Source: Candidatus Poribacteria bacterium (GTDB lineage Bacteria; Poribacteria; WGA-4E; WGA-3G). Taken from it: DNA of 64,000 nucleotides. Shown here piece by piece: positions 49,728-59,104 of this stretch (position 1 is the stretch's first letter; each line of letters starts with the position of its first letter). The notes under the pieces are model-generated. The model did no database searches. It saw only the letters and a list, made by a program, of their open reading frames with translations, and was not told where the DNA came from. The stretch lies in the NCBI GenBank assembly GCA_965205015.1, contig OZ242029.1, positions 2,528,001 to 2,592,000 of the forward strand. Direction: 5' to 3'. The position numbers and the translations under genes are program-made.

Positions 49728-51422
49728 ATGCCCACACTCGATTTCAAAGGTAAACAGTTCATTTACGGACACCACCTCACCGTTCCCATCAGTACTATAG
49801 AGATAGATGCAGATAAATCCTTTACTGGCGAAAACGAGCCATCACTCAATGATAACCTTATTATCCACAGTGACAACCTACACGCCCTGAAAGCACTTCT
49901 CCCGAAATACGCTGGCAAAATCAAGTGTATCTACATCGATCCTCCGTATAATACCGGCAACGAAAGTTGGGTCTATAACGACAACGTCAACAGTCCCTTA
50001 ATGCAAGCGTGGTTGGAGAAACACAGCCCGATTGATAACGAAGACTTGGAACGTCATGATAAATGGTTGTGTATGATGTGGCCCCGACTCCACTTATTGC
50101 ATGAATTGCTGTCCGATGATGGTGTTATTTTTATCTCAATTGATGACAATGAACAACATCGCTTGCAGATGCTGATGGACGAGATTTTTGGATTAGAGAA
50201 TTCTATTGCACAAATAGTTGTACAGACAAATCCACGTGGACGTTCTTTGAAACAATATATCGCGCAAACTCACGAATATGTTCTAATGTACGCTAAAGAT
50301 ATAAAGATGACGGAAGTTTATAAAATTCCGAAAACAGAAAAATCTCTTTCAGAATACAATAAAGAGGATAAGGACGGTTCCTATCGTCTTTTACGTTTAC
50401 GAAATACTGGAGTCCAATTTTTCAATCGGAAGACCCGCCCTAATTTATTTTTTCCTATCTATGTCAACCCAATAACTGGAGATACTTCTCTTATTCCGAG
50501 TGTGGATTTTTCTATTGAAGTTTTGCCAATAACTGACGATGGAGTGGAAGGGTGTTGGACTTGGGGCAAAGAAAAAATTAACGAAGCTCCAGGGTTGATT
50601 GTGGCTCAAAAAGTCCAAAATGGTAAATGGCGGATTTACCGTAAAGACTATTTAAAAGGCGAAAGTCTGCTGACGATGCCTAAATCTCTTTTGACCGGTA
50701 CAGAGGTTAATCATGAGGTTGGTAAGGAAATGCTAAGGAAATTATTTTCCGCTGCTCCTTTTGCGTATCCCAAATCAACAGAACTTATAGCAAATTTAGT
50801 ACGGATCGCTTGTAAGGATGATGCGATTGTTCTTGATTCCTTTGCAGGCAGCGGCACCACCGCTCATGCTGTCCTCGCACTTAACAAAGAGGATGGTGGA
50901 AACCGAAAGTTTATCCTCGTTGAATGCGAAGACTATGCAGACACCATCACCGCTGAACGCGTCCGCCGTGTTATCAACGGCGTTGAAAATGCCAAAGATG
51001 AGACACTTCAGAACGGCTTAGGTGGTTCCTTCACCTACTGCACCCTCGGTGAACCTATTGACGAGGAAGGCATGCTCACTGGCGAAAATCTTCCGACCTA
51101 CGAGGCTTTAGCGGACTATATCGCCTATACTGCCACCGGGAGTGCGTTGACTTCCATGGCAAAACGGGAAGATTATTACTTCGGCGAAACTAACAACATC
51201 CGTTTCTATCTCATCTATGAACCGACACTACAATTTCTGGAGAGCAATAGGTCTGCGTTAGATGGCGAACGTGCAGAGCAGATCGCCAAGGTGTGCAAAG
51301 AGAGGGGTAAAAAGGCTTACGTCTATGCACCGCAGAAGTTCATCAGTCAGAAAGAGTTGACAGATATGGGGATTACCTTCTGCCAGCTGCCCTACAACAT
51401 CCATCGCCTTGCCGACGTGTAG
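49728..51422 (+). CDS. mod: Type III R-M methyltransferase (Mod), copy 2 with different TRD
   Basis: Near-identical N- and C-termini to 45129-46826, highly diverged central region. Confidence 0.92.
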   Translation: MPTLDFKGKQFIYGHHLTVPISTIEIDADKSFTGENEPSLNDNLIIHSDNLHALKALLPKYAGKIKCIYIDPPYNTGNESWVYNDNVNSPLMQAWLEKHSPIDNEDLERHDKWLCMMWPRLHLLHELLSDDGVIFISIDDNEQHRLQMLMDEIFGLENSIAQIVVQTNPRGRSLKQYIAQTHEYVLMYAKDIKMTEVYKIPKTEKSLSEYNKEDKDGSYRLLRLRNTGVQFFNRKTRPNLFFPIYVNPITGDTSLIPSVDFSIEVLPITDDGVEGCWTWGKEKINEAPGLIVAQKVQNGKWRIYRKDYLKGESLLTMPKSLLTGTEVNHEVGKEMLRKLFSAAPFAYPKSTELIANLVRIACKDDAIVLDSFAGSGTTAHAVLALNKEDGGNRKFILVECEDYADTITAERVRRVINGVENAKDETLQNGLGGSFTYCTLGEPIDEEGMLTGENLPTYEALADYIAYTATGSALTSMAKREDYYFGETNNIRFYLIYEPTLQFLESNRSALDGERAEQIAKVCKERGKKAYVYAPQKFISQKELTDMGITFCQLPYNIHRLADV

Positions 51423-51449
51423 TAAGCGGTTTGCATTGTGTCTATTTAC

Positions 51450-51478
51450 TTGACCTCACTATAAATTTATGCTATACT
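51450..51478 (+). promoter_or_regulatory. Sigma70 promoter of PIN toxin operon
   Basis: TTGACC-17 nt-TATACT with TGn extension. Confidence 0.6.
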
Positions 51479-51751
51479 TATTAGTAGCATCTACTTAAAG
51501 GAGGACGGGACTGATCGGAAAGCAAAGAATTTATGAAAACTAAGCCCCGTATTTACGTAGAAACTTCGGTCATTAGTTATCTCACTTCAAGAGCAAGTCG
51601 TGATTTTATTGTCTCTATGTGTCAGCAGATAACTCGCTATTGGTGGGACAACGTCGCGAATCGAAAATTTGAGCTCGTTTCTTCAGCAGTTGTTAGACAG
51701 GAAATCAGTCGGGGAAATACAGACGCAGCACAACAGCGTCTTGACATATTA

Positions 51752-52663
51752 TAGTAAAGTCGATAATTAGTTATACACTTTTATAATTTGTTCAATAGAT
51801 GTTTCAGGGGTGTATTGATAGCGTCGCTTAATGTTAGCAAAGTCCTTCTCAATGGGGTTCAACTCCGGAGAATACGGCGGCAAAAATAATAAACTCGTCC
51901 CCGTTTGGGCAATCAACTGTGCTGTCTCCGACCCCTTGTGGAAGGAGGCATTATCCATAATCACGACGTGTTTCTCATCAAGCAAAGGACATAACTGATG
52001 CTCTAACCACGCATTGAAGGCAAGCGTATCAGAGGCACCTTGAAAAAGCACAGGAGCGGTAAAACGATCTCCAATGCGTGCGGCAATCAAAGAGGTAGAT
52101 TCATACCGATGTGAACCCGATATTTTATCCCTGACGCAGACGCCCCTCGGGGCGTAAGCATACCGACGGATATCTGAAGTCGGGAAACCGCTTTCATCAA
52201 TATAAACGGGCGTTTTCCCCCCGACCCGAACTTCAGCATCAAACGCATCAAAATAGACTTGGCGTTTTTCGACAGACTGTTCTTTATACGTTAGTGTCTT
52301 TTTTTTCGCGTGATGTTGAGTTTGCCAAGCGCATAGTTGATACAACTCTTGGAAATCCCAAAGTGGGTAGCACGTTCGAGTTGGGTGTGGTCAGGAAAAT
52401 CAGCGACATGTTGCCGAAGGGCGTTGTAGTCAAGTCGATGAGGCCCCCGGGGCCCCGGCTTTCGACGACTCAACGGGTCTTCGGCAGCTAACCATTTATA
52501 GATACACGTCCGAGACACCTTATAGGTGCGTGAGGCTTCGGATTTACTGCCACCATCACTGAGAAAATCAAGCACGCATTTGCGTAAATCTGATGAATAA
52601 CTCATAAGACTTAGAGTCTTACATTCACTCAAAAATATGTCAACTTATTTTTCGACTTCACTA
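51752..52663 (-). mobile_element. IS630-family insertion sequence
   Basis: TIR TAGT(A/G)AAGTCGA, TA target duplication at 51750-51 and 52664-65. Confidence 0.92.
51767..52605 (-). CDS. IS630 transposase, two ORFs probably joined by a frameshift
   Basis: HTH ORF (YSSDLRK) and DDE ORF (IDESG, MDNASFH, SPELNPIE) overlap at an A8G run near 52300. Confidence 0.85.
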
Positions 52664-52874
52664 TAAAAGCAATCACCGTATTAGAAACCGTTGTGTAGGA
52701 CTTATACAAATCTCACAAATATGGTAAAATGTATACGAATCTATACACATCTGACATATTTGCTTGAGTGTTGCCATACTTCCTGCTTCGTCGTTTCGTG
52801 CCTCTCTATTGAGGTCTTACCGAAACTCGACAGGCGTTTAGCGTCTCCGCGCAACTCGTGGCGACGTGTGAAGG

Positions 52875-53972
52875 TCAAGCGGGACAGAGATTGATTGCAG
52901 CGTTCAAATCACGGTCCATATCCATACCACAGACGTCGCAGTGATATTGCCTATCTGAAAGCGTTAGGTCTTTTTTCTTCTGTCCACAACGGCTACAGGT
53001 CTTACTCGAAGCAAAGAATCTATCTGCTTCGGTTATCGGTATCCCGCGTCTCTCTGCTTTATATTTCAGCATAGTTAGAAAGCGAGAGAGTGCCGAGTCT
53101 GAGAGGGCTTTAGCAAGTTTCCGATTACGTAGAAGTCCGCTGATATTCAGCATTTCTATACCGATAGCACTGGACCTGCGGACGATCTTTGTCGTCGCTT
53201 GGTGGTGAGCGTCTTCACGGATATTAGAGATGCGATGATGCACACCGCCAAGTCGTTTTTTGGCTTTATACCAGTTCTTTGACCCAAGCACCTTACGCGA
53301 TAATGACCGATTCGCACGTGCTAACTTTCGCTCATATCGCTTCAGGGGGCGTGGATTCTCGTAGGTATCACCATTAGAACAGGTCGCCAGTGTATTGATA
53401 CCTACATCAATACCCATCGGTGCTTTCTCTTGTTTTTCAAAGAGAGAGGGTTGGTGTTTGTAGTTGTTGCTATCGCACCGCACGAGAAGAGAGGCATACC
53501 ATTTATCGTTGCGTCTTGAGATAGACACTCTCGTGATTTCGCCTGTGTATCGGAGGTCCTCACGCATGCGGACCCACCCGATTTTCGGCAGGTGGATACG
53601 CTTTTTGTGGACTTCTACAGTTCCGGCTCCATTGTCTGCTTGGTATGAACATTTACCACTTCGTTTCTTACGGACGGGGAACCTGTTTTGTCCTTTTTTC
53701 CAGCGGGTGAGGGCGTCTCCGAAGTTGTGGATAGCATTCTTGGAGGCATTTTGGGATAACTCTGAACACCAAGGGAACAAATCACGCTTGACGGCATTGA
53801 ACTCACGCTTTATATCCACATGGCTGCGCCATTCGCCTTGTTTCTGTCCCGATTGGAAAGACGACGCGGCGAAGTTATACGCAACACGAGCATAGCCAGC
53901 GTGCTGTGCCATGAGCGTCGATTGTTTGTTATTCGGATTCAGTTCTATCTGCTGGGCTCGGAGAACTTCCAA
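52875..53972 (-). CDS. tnpB: RNA-guided endonuclease TnpB
   Basis: RuvC GIDVG, GIEML, DRDLNAAINL; CSRC/CDVC zinc ribbon. Confidence 0.93.
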   Translation of the reverse strand: MEVLRAQQIELNPNNKQSTLMAQHAGYARVAYNFAASSFQSGQKQGEWRSHVDIKREFNAVKRDLFPWCSELSQNASKNAIHNFGDALTRWKKGQNRFPVRKKRSGKCSYQADNGAGTVEVHKKRIHLPKIGWVRMREDLRYTGEITRVSISRRNDKWYASLLVRCDSNNYKHQPSLFEKQEKAPMGIDVGINTLATCSNGDTYENPRPLKRYERKLARANRSLSRKVLGSKNWYKAKKRLGGVHHRISNIREDAHHQATTKIVRRSSAIGIEMLNISGLLRNRKLAKALSDSALSRFLTMLKYKAERRGIPITEADRFFASSKTCSRCGQKKKDLTLSDRQYHCDVCGMDMDRDLNAAINLCPA

Positions 53973-54603
53973 AACTTAACTCCAGTTGCGATTTTGCTTC
54001 TGCTACGATATTCTCTATTTGCTCTGCCATTTTCTTTGACTTATGGGAACGACGCCCATAAAGTTTGGCACAAAACACTGTCATGATTTCCATGACATCA
54101 TCAGTGAGTTCTTCTTCAAAAGAAGGGGGTTCGCCTTTATTGATAATCACAATCTCAATACCTTTGAGTTCACAGATACGAAATATCAAGTCCGCACCAA
54201 AGCGTAAAAGACGGTCTTTGTGAGTTAGCACAAGTCGTGACATTTTACCCTGCACAATCAGGTCTAAAAGGCGTACTAAGCCTTTATTGTTGTAGTTCAT
54301 ACCACTGCCAAGGTCTCTTATGATTTCAGTCTGCCACCCCTTCTTATTGCAAAACGCTTCAAGGACGGCGTGCTGACGCTCTAAATCCTCCTTCTGATCG
54401 CTACTGGAGACTCTGGCATAAGCAATGGTAGGATAGGAGTCGTCTTTAGCCCCTAATAACTCTTGGAGACTGTAGAGGCGAGTGCCTTTCGGAGTTCGCT
54501 TAAATGGCTTAATAACACCACCATCTTCCCAACGCCGGAGCGTTTGAGGATTCACACCGAGTATTTTAGCAGCTTCGCCAATCTTCACAAATCTGTCATT
54601 CAT
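53929..54603 (-). CDS. tnpA: IS607 serine recombinase TnpA
   Basis: MerR-like HTH, YARVSS, DLGSGMN, KDRLLRFG. Confidence 0.93.
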   Translation of the reverse strand: MNDRFVKIGEAAKILGVNPQTLRRWEDGGVIKPFKRTPKGTRLYSLQELLGAKDDSYPTIAYARVSSSDQKEDLERQHAVLEAFCNKKGWQTEIIRDLGSGMNYNNKGLVRLLDLIVQGKMSRLVLTHKDRLLRFGADLIFRICELKGIEIVIINKGEPPSFEEELTDDVMEIMTVFCAKLYGRRSHKSKKMAEQIENIVAEAKSQLELSFGSSPSPADRTESE

Positions 54604-54610
54604 ACTAATT

Positions 54611-54639
54611 ATTATAGTATTTTTACAAAGCTTTGTCAA
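54611..54639 (-). promoter_or_regulatory. Consensus promoter for leaderless tnpA
   Basis: TTGACA-17 nt-TATAAT, 7 nt before ATG 54603. Confidence 0.7.
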
Positions 54640-54973
54640 GAGAAAAATATCAATGTATAGATGTGAATAAGAATGTATAGATTTGACTATATTTTACTAT
54701 ATTTTTCGCTGCTGCAACTTGCCCCTTTAGCGGAGATGTATCCTCTTGCGGAGGATTTGGTTGCTGCCGGGGCTGTCCCGCTAAGAGCAAAAACAGACGC
54801 ACTTCATATTGCGATTGCGGCGATTCATGGTGTGGAATATCTGGCGACATGGAATTTTAAGCATATCGCGAACACAAACAAGTTACCTTTAATACACAAG
54901 GTGTGTGAAACCGCAGGTTATACGCCTACAACTATTTGCACCCCTTTGGAATTTTTGTGGGAGGCTTTTTGAA

Positions 54974-55204
54974 ATGTTCAAGGACCCAATTATTGAGGAA
55001 ATCCACCGGATCCGTGACGAATGGGCGGCTTCTTTCCAGTACGATTTACGGGCACTCTGTGAGGACATCAAACGGCAAGAGAAACGGGACTTTCTCACCG
55101 ATGAACACGGAAACTTCATAAAAAACGAAAAAGGAGGCTTGATTCTTAAGTCTAAAGTTGTTCGCGGGAAAACCTCCGGTTTCGAGAAGAAGCACCGTAG
55201 TTAA
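54974..55204 (+). CDS. Small partner of PIN toxin (putative antitoxin)
   Basis: DPIIEEIHRIR...YDLRALCEDI motif typical of genes downstream of this PIN family. Confidence 0.7.
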   Translation: MFKDPIIEEIHRIRDEWAASFQYDLRALCEDIKRQEKRDFLTDEHGNFIKNEKGGLILKSKVVRGKTSGFEKKHRS

Positions 55205-55288
55205 CCGACGTTGCTGCTTAGCGAATTCTAAACCCTAAGAATATAGAATTTTCTTCGTTGCATGTCTGCAAAAAGGAGGACGGAATCG

Positions 55289-55504
55289 GTGACACAAACC
55301 TACACCGCAGTCATCCAACAGGACGAAGGCTGGTGGATCGGGTGGATACAGGAAATTCCCGGTGTAAACGGCCAAGAACGGACGAAGGACGAATTGCTTG
55401 AATCGCTGCGAATTACGCTCCTCGAAATGATAGAATACAATCGCGAAGAGGCAATTCGCCGAACAGAGAGTGAGACTTTTGAGGAAGTTACGATCGCGCT
55501 ATGA
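55289..55504 (+). CDS. hicB: HicB-family antitoxin (orphan)
   Basis: YTAVIQQDEGWWIGWIQEIPGVNGQERT; AGGAGG RBS. Confidence 0.8.
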   Translation: MTQTYTAVIQQDEGWWIGWIQEIPGVNGQERTKDELLESLRITLLEMIEYNREEAIRRTESETFEEVTIAL

Positions 55505-55580
55505 AAGGGTGCGGTTAGGAAACCGTACTACCGAGTCTGGAGATTTGTGAATTTGAAAATTTACTGTAGGTGATGAAATA

Positions 55581-58223
55581 ATGGAACTGAAAGAGTACCA
55601 ACAACAGGCATTGGATGCGTTGGACCGCTATCTGGAGGCACTCAAGGAAGCACACCAACAAGCGGATAAAGCCACCGCATACCTTGCATCAGAGGGGATT
55701 CCGGACTTCCTGATAGAGCAGGCGGAGAATTTAGCAAGACAAGCAGAGGATTACCCACACATTGCTTGGGAAAGTTTACGACAAGCCGCTATATTGCCGG
55801 GCATCACGGATGCACAAGGACAGGACCGAATTCCAGAACACATCTCTCGTGAGAGTGCCGCCGGTGAACCGATTCCGCATGTCTGCTTAAAAGTCCCGAC
55901 GGGGGGTGGGAAGACTCTATTAGGTGTAGAGGCGGTGCGCCACTTGAAACTCGGTACAGGTTTTGTGCTATGGCTTGTCCCGACCAAAGCCATCTATACG
56001 CAAACGTGGGACGCTTTTCGCAACAAAGAACATCCGTATCGGCAAATTTTGGAACGTGCCTCCGGCGGTCGCGTTAAGCTCCTCGAAAAAGACGATAGGT
56101 TCACGAAGCAGGATATTGAGAATCATCTCTGTGTGATGCTCCTTATGCTCCCTGCCGCAAATCGGAACCGAAACAAAGAGTTCCTGAAGATTTTTCGAGA
56201 TAGTAGCGGTTATGCCTCGTTCTTTCCTGTCGAGGACGACGTGCGAGAGCATCAGGCACTCTCAGAAAAACATCCCGACCTTGAAACAGCAGAAGATGAT
56301 CAAACCGCACAACCCCGGCTCGCCAGAAACCCCAAAGACGCACTCATCAAACAGAGTCTTTTTAACGTCCTGAAGTTACTCCGTCCAACCGTGATTTTAG
56401 ATGAGGCGCATAAGGCTTACGGAAGTCCTGACATGGTCCGCAATAAAGGCTTTGTGGAAGCGGTAAATCGACTCAATCCTCGCTTCGTGTTGGAACTCTC
56501 CGCCACACCGAAACTCGGTATCAGCAACATCCTCGTCAATATCTCCGGTCTCACCCTGAAAGAAGAGGAGATGATGAAACTCCCGATTCAACTCCGAAAT
56601 TTCCCGAATTCCGATTGGAGATATACGCTCGGACAGACGAAAATAGAGCGCGATAGACTTGAAGGGGTAGCAAAGCAATTTCAGCAAACAGAGGACCGCT
56701 ATATCCGACCGATTGCTGTGATTCGTGTCGATCGGACCGGCAAAAACCAACGCGACGGTACGAAGGTCCATGCCGAGGATGCTCGTGAAGAACTCATTGA
56801 GGCATTAGGAGTGCCAGCGGAACAGATCAAGGTGAAATCATCAGAACAAGATGAACTCACAGGAATAGACCTCATGAGTCCCTTCTGTCCTGTCCGTTAT
56901 ATCATTACCAAAGATGCCTTGAAAGAGGGGTGGGACTGTCCGTTTGCTTACCTGCTTGCCCTTCTTGACAACACCACCGCACCGACAGCAATGACGCAGC
57001 TCATCGGGAGGGTGATGCGCCAACCCTACGCCCGTGTCACAAACCGACCGGAACTCGATAGTTGTTATATCTTCTGTTACAATCAGGAGGTCAAAGGGGC
57101 AGTAGAGAACGTCAAGAAAGGATTAGAGGCAGAAGGGTTGACAGAATTAGGCGACTTTGTTGAGGGGACGGGTGTGGAGCGCGTGCAGCGAACCATCGAA
57201 CGTAAACAGGAATACCGTGAGATAGACATCTTTCTACCGCGTGTTCTGCATAAGCAGGGACGAGGGTGGCGGGAACTCAATTATGAGCGGGACATCCTGA
57301 AGGCAATTGACTGGCATCAACTCGGTCCGGTAGCCCCTATCAACTTCGACGAGACGGCACCACTTCAAGAGATCCGTGCCACTATCCATCTCCAAGACGA
57401 AGCGGTAATTCATAAGAAATTGCAAGAGAGCGCGGCACATAACTTGGAGGTAGCGTTTTTCGTTCGGCGACTCGGCGATGTGCTGCCGAATCCGTGGCAC
57501 GCTGCACGCATCGTGAAAGCCACACTTGCTGCTTACCGGGAAGAAGGCGTTGGCGAAGATACGTTGTATACACACCGGTTGTATCTCTCCGAGCATTTGA
57601 AACGCTGTTTGCGCGATCGCATTGATAAGTTTGCTGAAGCCGTTTTTCGAGAGAAGTTGAAAGCCGGAGAAATCCAGTTTAACCTGGAAACAGATGTGGC
57701 GTTAAACTACCAACTGGAAAAAACGATTGCGATCAGTCTCACACCTGAAGCAAGGCCGATGATACATCCACACGGCGATCCGTTACAACTCAACCTTTTT
57801 GAACAGGTGTTTGAAGCGGAATTTAACAACTTGGAAACGGATTTTGCACTCTATTTGGACAAACAGAACGCGATTCAGTGGTGGCATCGCATTGCCGTGA
57901 AGCAGGGGTATTTCTTGCAAGGGTGGCGACGCGACCGCGTCTATCCCGATTTTATTGCGTGTCTCCAAAGGAGTGAAACGGGATCCCAACGGCTCTGTCT
58001 CTTTGAAACCAAAGGGCAGCACCTTGAAGGGAATCGGGACACTACGTATAAACAGCAGCTCATTGAAACGTTAGAGACAGCCTACCGAAACGCCACGCAA
58101 CACGGCACGATGAATATCACGGTGTCTAATAACAAAACGATGTCTTTCCGTATGTTATTTGAAGATTCGTGGTATGAAACGGTGAATGAAACCATCGCTG
58201 ATGTTTATAAGCAGAGTTCATGA
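55581..58223 (+). CDS. res: Type III R-M restriction subunit (Res)
   Basis: VPTGGGKT, DEAH, SATP, EGWDCP, QLIGR, YPDF...ETKG nuclease. Confidence 0.92.
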   Translation: MELKEYQQQALDALDRYLEALKEAHQQADKATAYLASEGIPDFLIEQAENLARQAEDYPHIAWESLRQAAILPGITDAQGQDRIPEHISRESAAGEPIPHVCLKVPTGGGKTLLGVEAVRHLKLGTGFVLWLVPTKAIYTQTWDAFRNKEHPYRQILERASGGRVKLLEKDDRFTKQDIENHLCVMLLMLPAANRNRNKEFLKIFRDSSGYASFFPVEDDVREHQALSEKHPDLETAEDDQTAQPRLARNPKDALIKQSLFNVLKLLRPTVILDEAHKAYGSPDMVRNKGFVEAVNRLNPRFVLELSATPKLGISNILVNISGLTLKEEEMMKLPIQLRNFPNSDWRYTLGQTKIERDRLEGVAKQFQQTEDRYIRPIAVIRVDRTGKNQRDGTKVHAEDAREELIEALGVPAEQIKVKSSEQDELTGIDLMSPFCPVRYIITKDALKEGWDCPFAYLLALLDNTTAPTAMTQLIGRVMRQPYARVTNRPELDSCYIFCYNQEVKGAVENVKKGLEAEGLTELGDFVEGTGVERVQRTIERKQEYREIDIFLPRVLHKQGRGWRELNYERDILKAIDWHQLGPVAPINFDETAPLQEIRATIHLQDEAVIHKKLQESAAHNLEVAFFVRRLGDVLPNPWHAARIVKATLAAYREEGVGEDTLYTHRLYLSEHLKRCLRDRIDKFAEAVFREKLKAGEIQFNLETDVALNYQLEKTIAISLTPEARPMIHPHGDPLQLNLFEQVFEAEFNNLETDFALYLDKQNAIQWWHRIAVKQGYFLQGWRRDRVYPDFIACLQRSETGSQRLCLFETKGQHLEGNRDTTYKQQLIETLETAYRNATQHGTMNITVSNNKTMSFRMLFEDSWYETVNETIADVYKQSS

Positions 58224-58251
58224 AACTTTCTGTCCTATAAATTCTTAAAAT

Positions 58252-58365
58252 TATGGTAAACCCGAAAAATAAAGACCTTTCAGTGGAACAGTCCCCTTGT
58301 ACCACTGGCGAGGTTTCCTAACCTCGCCGACGCAAAGGGTTTAATTAATTCTAATATCTACCCTA
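58252..58365. mobile_element. IS630-type MITE carrying a REP hairpin, copy 2
   Basis: TATGGTAAA...TCTACCCTA ends; REP at 58305-58328. Confidence 0.55.
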
Positions 58366-58394
58366 AATGACCCTATTCAATCGCCTATTTTGAT

Positions 58395-58423
58395 TTGACA
58401 TCACTGCGAATTCGTGCTATACT
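58395..58423 (+). promoter_or_regulatory. Sigma70 promoter
   Basis: TTGACA-17 nt-TATACT with TGn extension. Confidence 0.65.
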
Positions 58424-58452
58424 TTTTTCATCGTCTCAAAGGAGGAAAACAG

Positions 58453-59064
58453 ATGGCATTTACGGATTTCAAATCCATTGCACAAGTTCAGGAAACTTTT
58501 GACATTAGATATAGCGAAGCGGACTACATCCAATACACCCCTAATATTGAACCCTCCTCGGCGTTTTTGGAAGAGTTTACATTTAGCCGGGAACATATCG
58601 ACGTATTTGCCTCAGAGACCTCCCGGTGTGAGAATGTGATCTACCCGATTCTCAGAGATGTTTACAAAAGGTATGTAGACTGTTTTTCATTGTGGAGCCA
58701 TAAATCTATCGCTTACGACGCGCAACTGAGTGGTGCGCCTGATTACCTTATCTCAACAAGATCGGCATTAGGAAAAACCGTGCTTGGGACTCCGATCATT
58801 GTTGTCGTGGAAGCAAAACGGAACGATTTTATCGAAGGATGGGGGCAGTGTCTGGCGGAATTGGTTGCAATTCAAAAAATTAAAGATGATGACATCAGCC
58901 CTGTTTATGGCATTGTAACCGATGGTGAGTTGTGGCAATTCGGGAGGTTAACGAAGGATTTGTTTACACGGCACAAGACAGCACTTTCCATCGGCGAGTT
59001 AGAACGAGTGTTTGGCGCGATAGCGTATTTAATGCAGACCCATTTACCGGAGGCGACGGCATAA
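58453..59064 (+). CDS. PD-(D/E)XK-fold protein (HsdR N-terminal-like)
   Basis: GAPDY...VVEAK...GQCLAEL, YGIVTDG.LWQF. Confidence 0.7.
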   Translation: MAFTDFKSIAQVQETFDIRYSEADYIQYTPNIEPSSAFLEEFTFSREHIDVFASETSRCENVIYPILRDVYKRYVDCFSLWSHKSIAYDAQLSGAPDYLISTRSALGKTVLGTPIIVVVEAKRNDFIEGWGQCLAELVAIQKIKDDDISPVYGIVTDGELWQFGRLTKDLFTRHKTALSIGELERVFGAIAYLMQTHLPEATA

Positions 59065-59104
59065 TTCTGTCCTATCTTAAAATACAATACCTTGGAGATT
59101 ACTT

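Larger units (their letters stand above)
52690..54723 (-). mobile_element. IS607-family element (TnpA + TnpB)
   Basis: CC/GG crossover core at 52688-89 and 54722-23, no TIR or TSD, TGTATAGAT-type subterminal motifs inverted between the ends. Confidence 0.88.
51533..54972 (+). pseudogene. PIN-domain (VapC-like) toxin gene interrupted by IS630 and IS607
   Basis: IYVETSVISYL (51533-51751), KAITVLET (52666-52689) and DALHIAIA...LATWNFKHIAN (54724-54972) rejoin in frame to 163 aa. Confidence 0.85.

Noticed and set aside
45129-51422. Phase variation of mod by simple sequence repeats
   Set aside because: No long homopolymer or microsatellite tract was seen in either mod gene.
52690-54723. IS607 as an IStron that splices out of the PIN mRNA
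   Set aside because: Only about 120 bp lie upstream of tnpA, leaving no room for a group I intron, and the element is antisense to the host gene.
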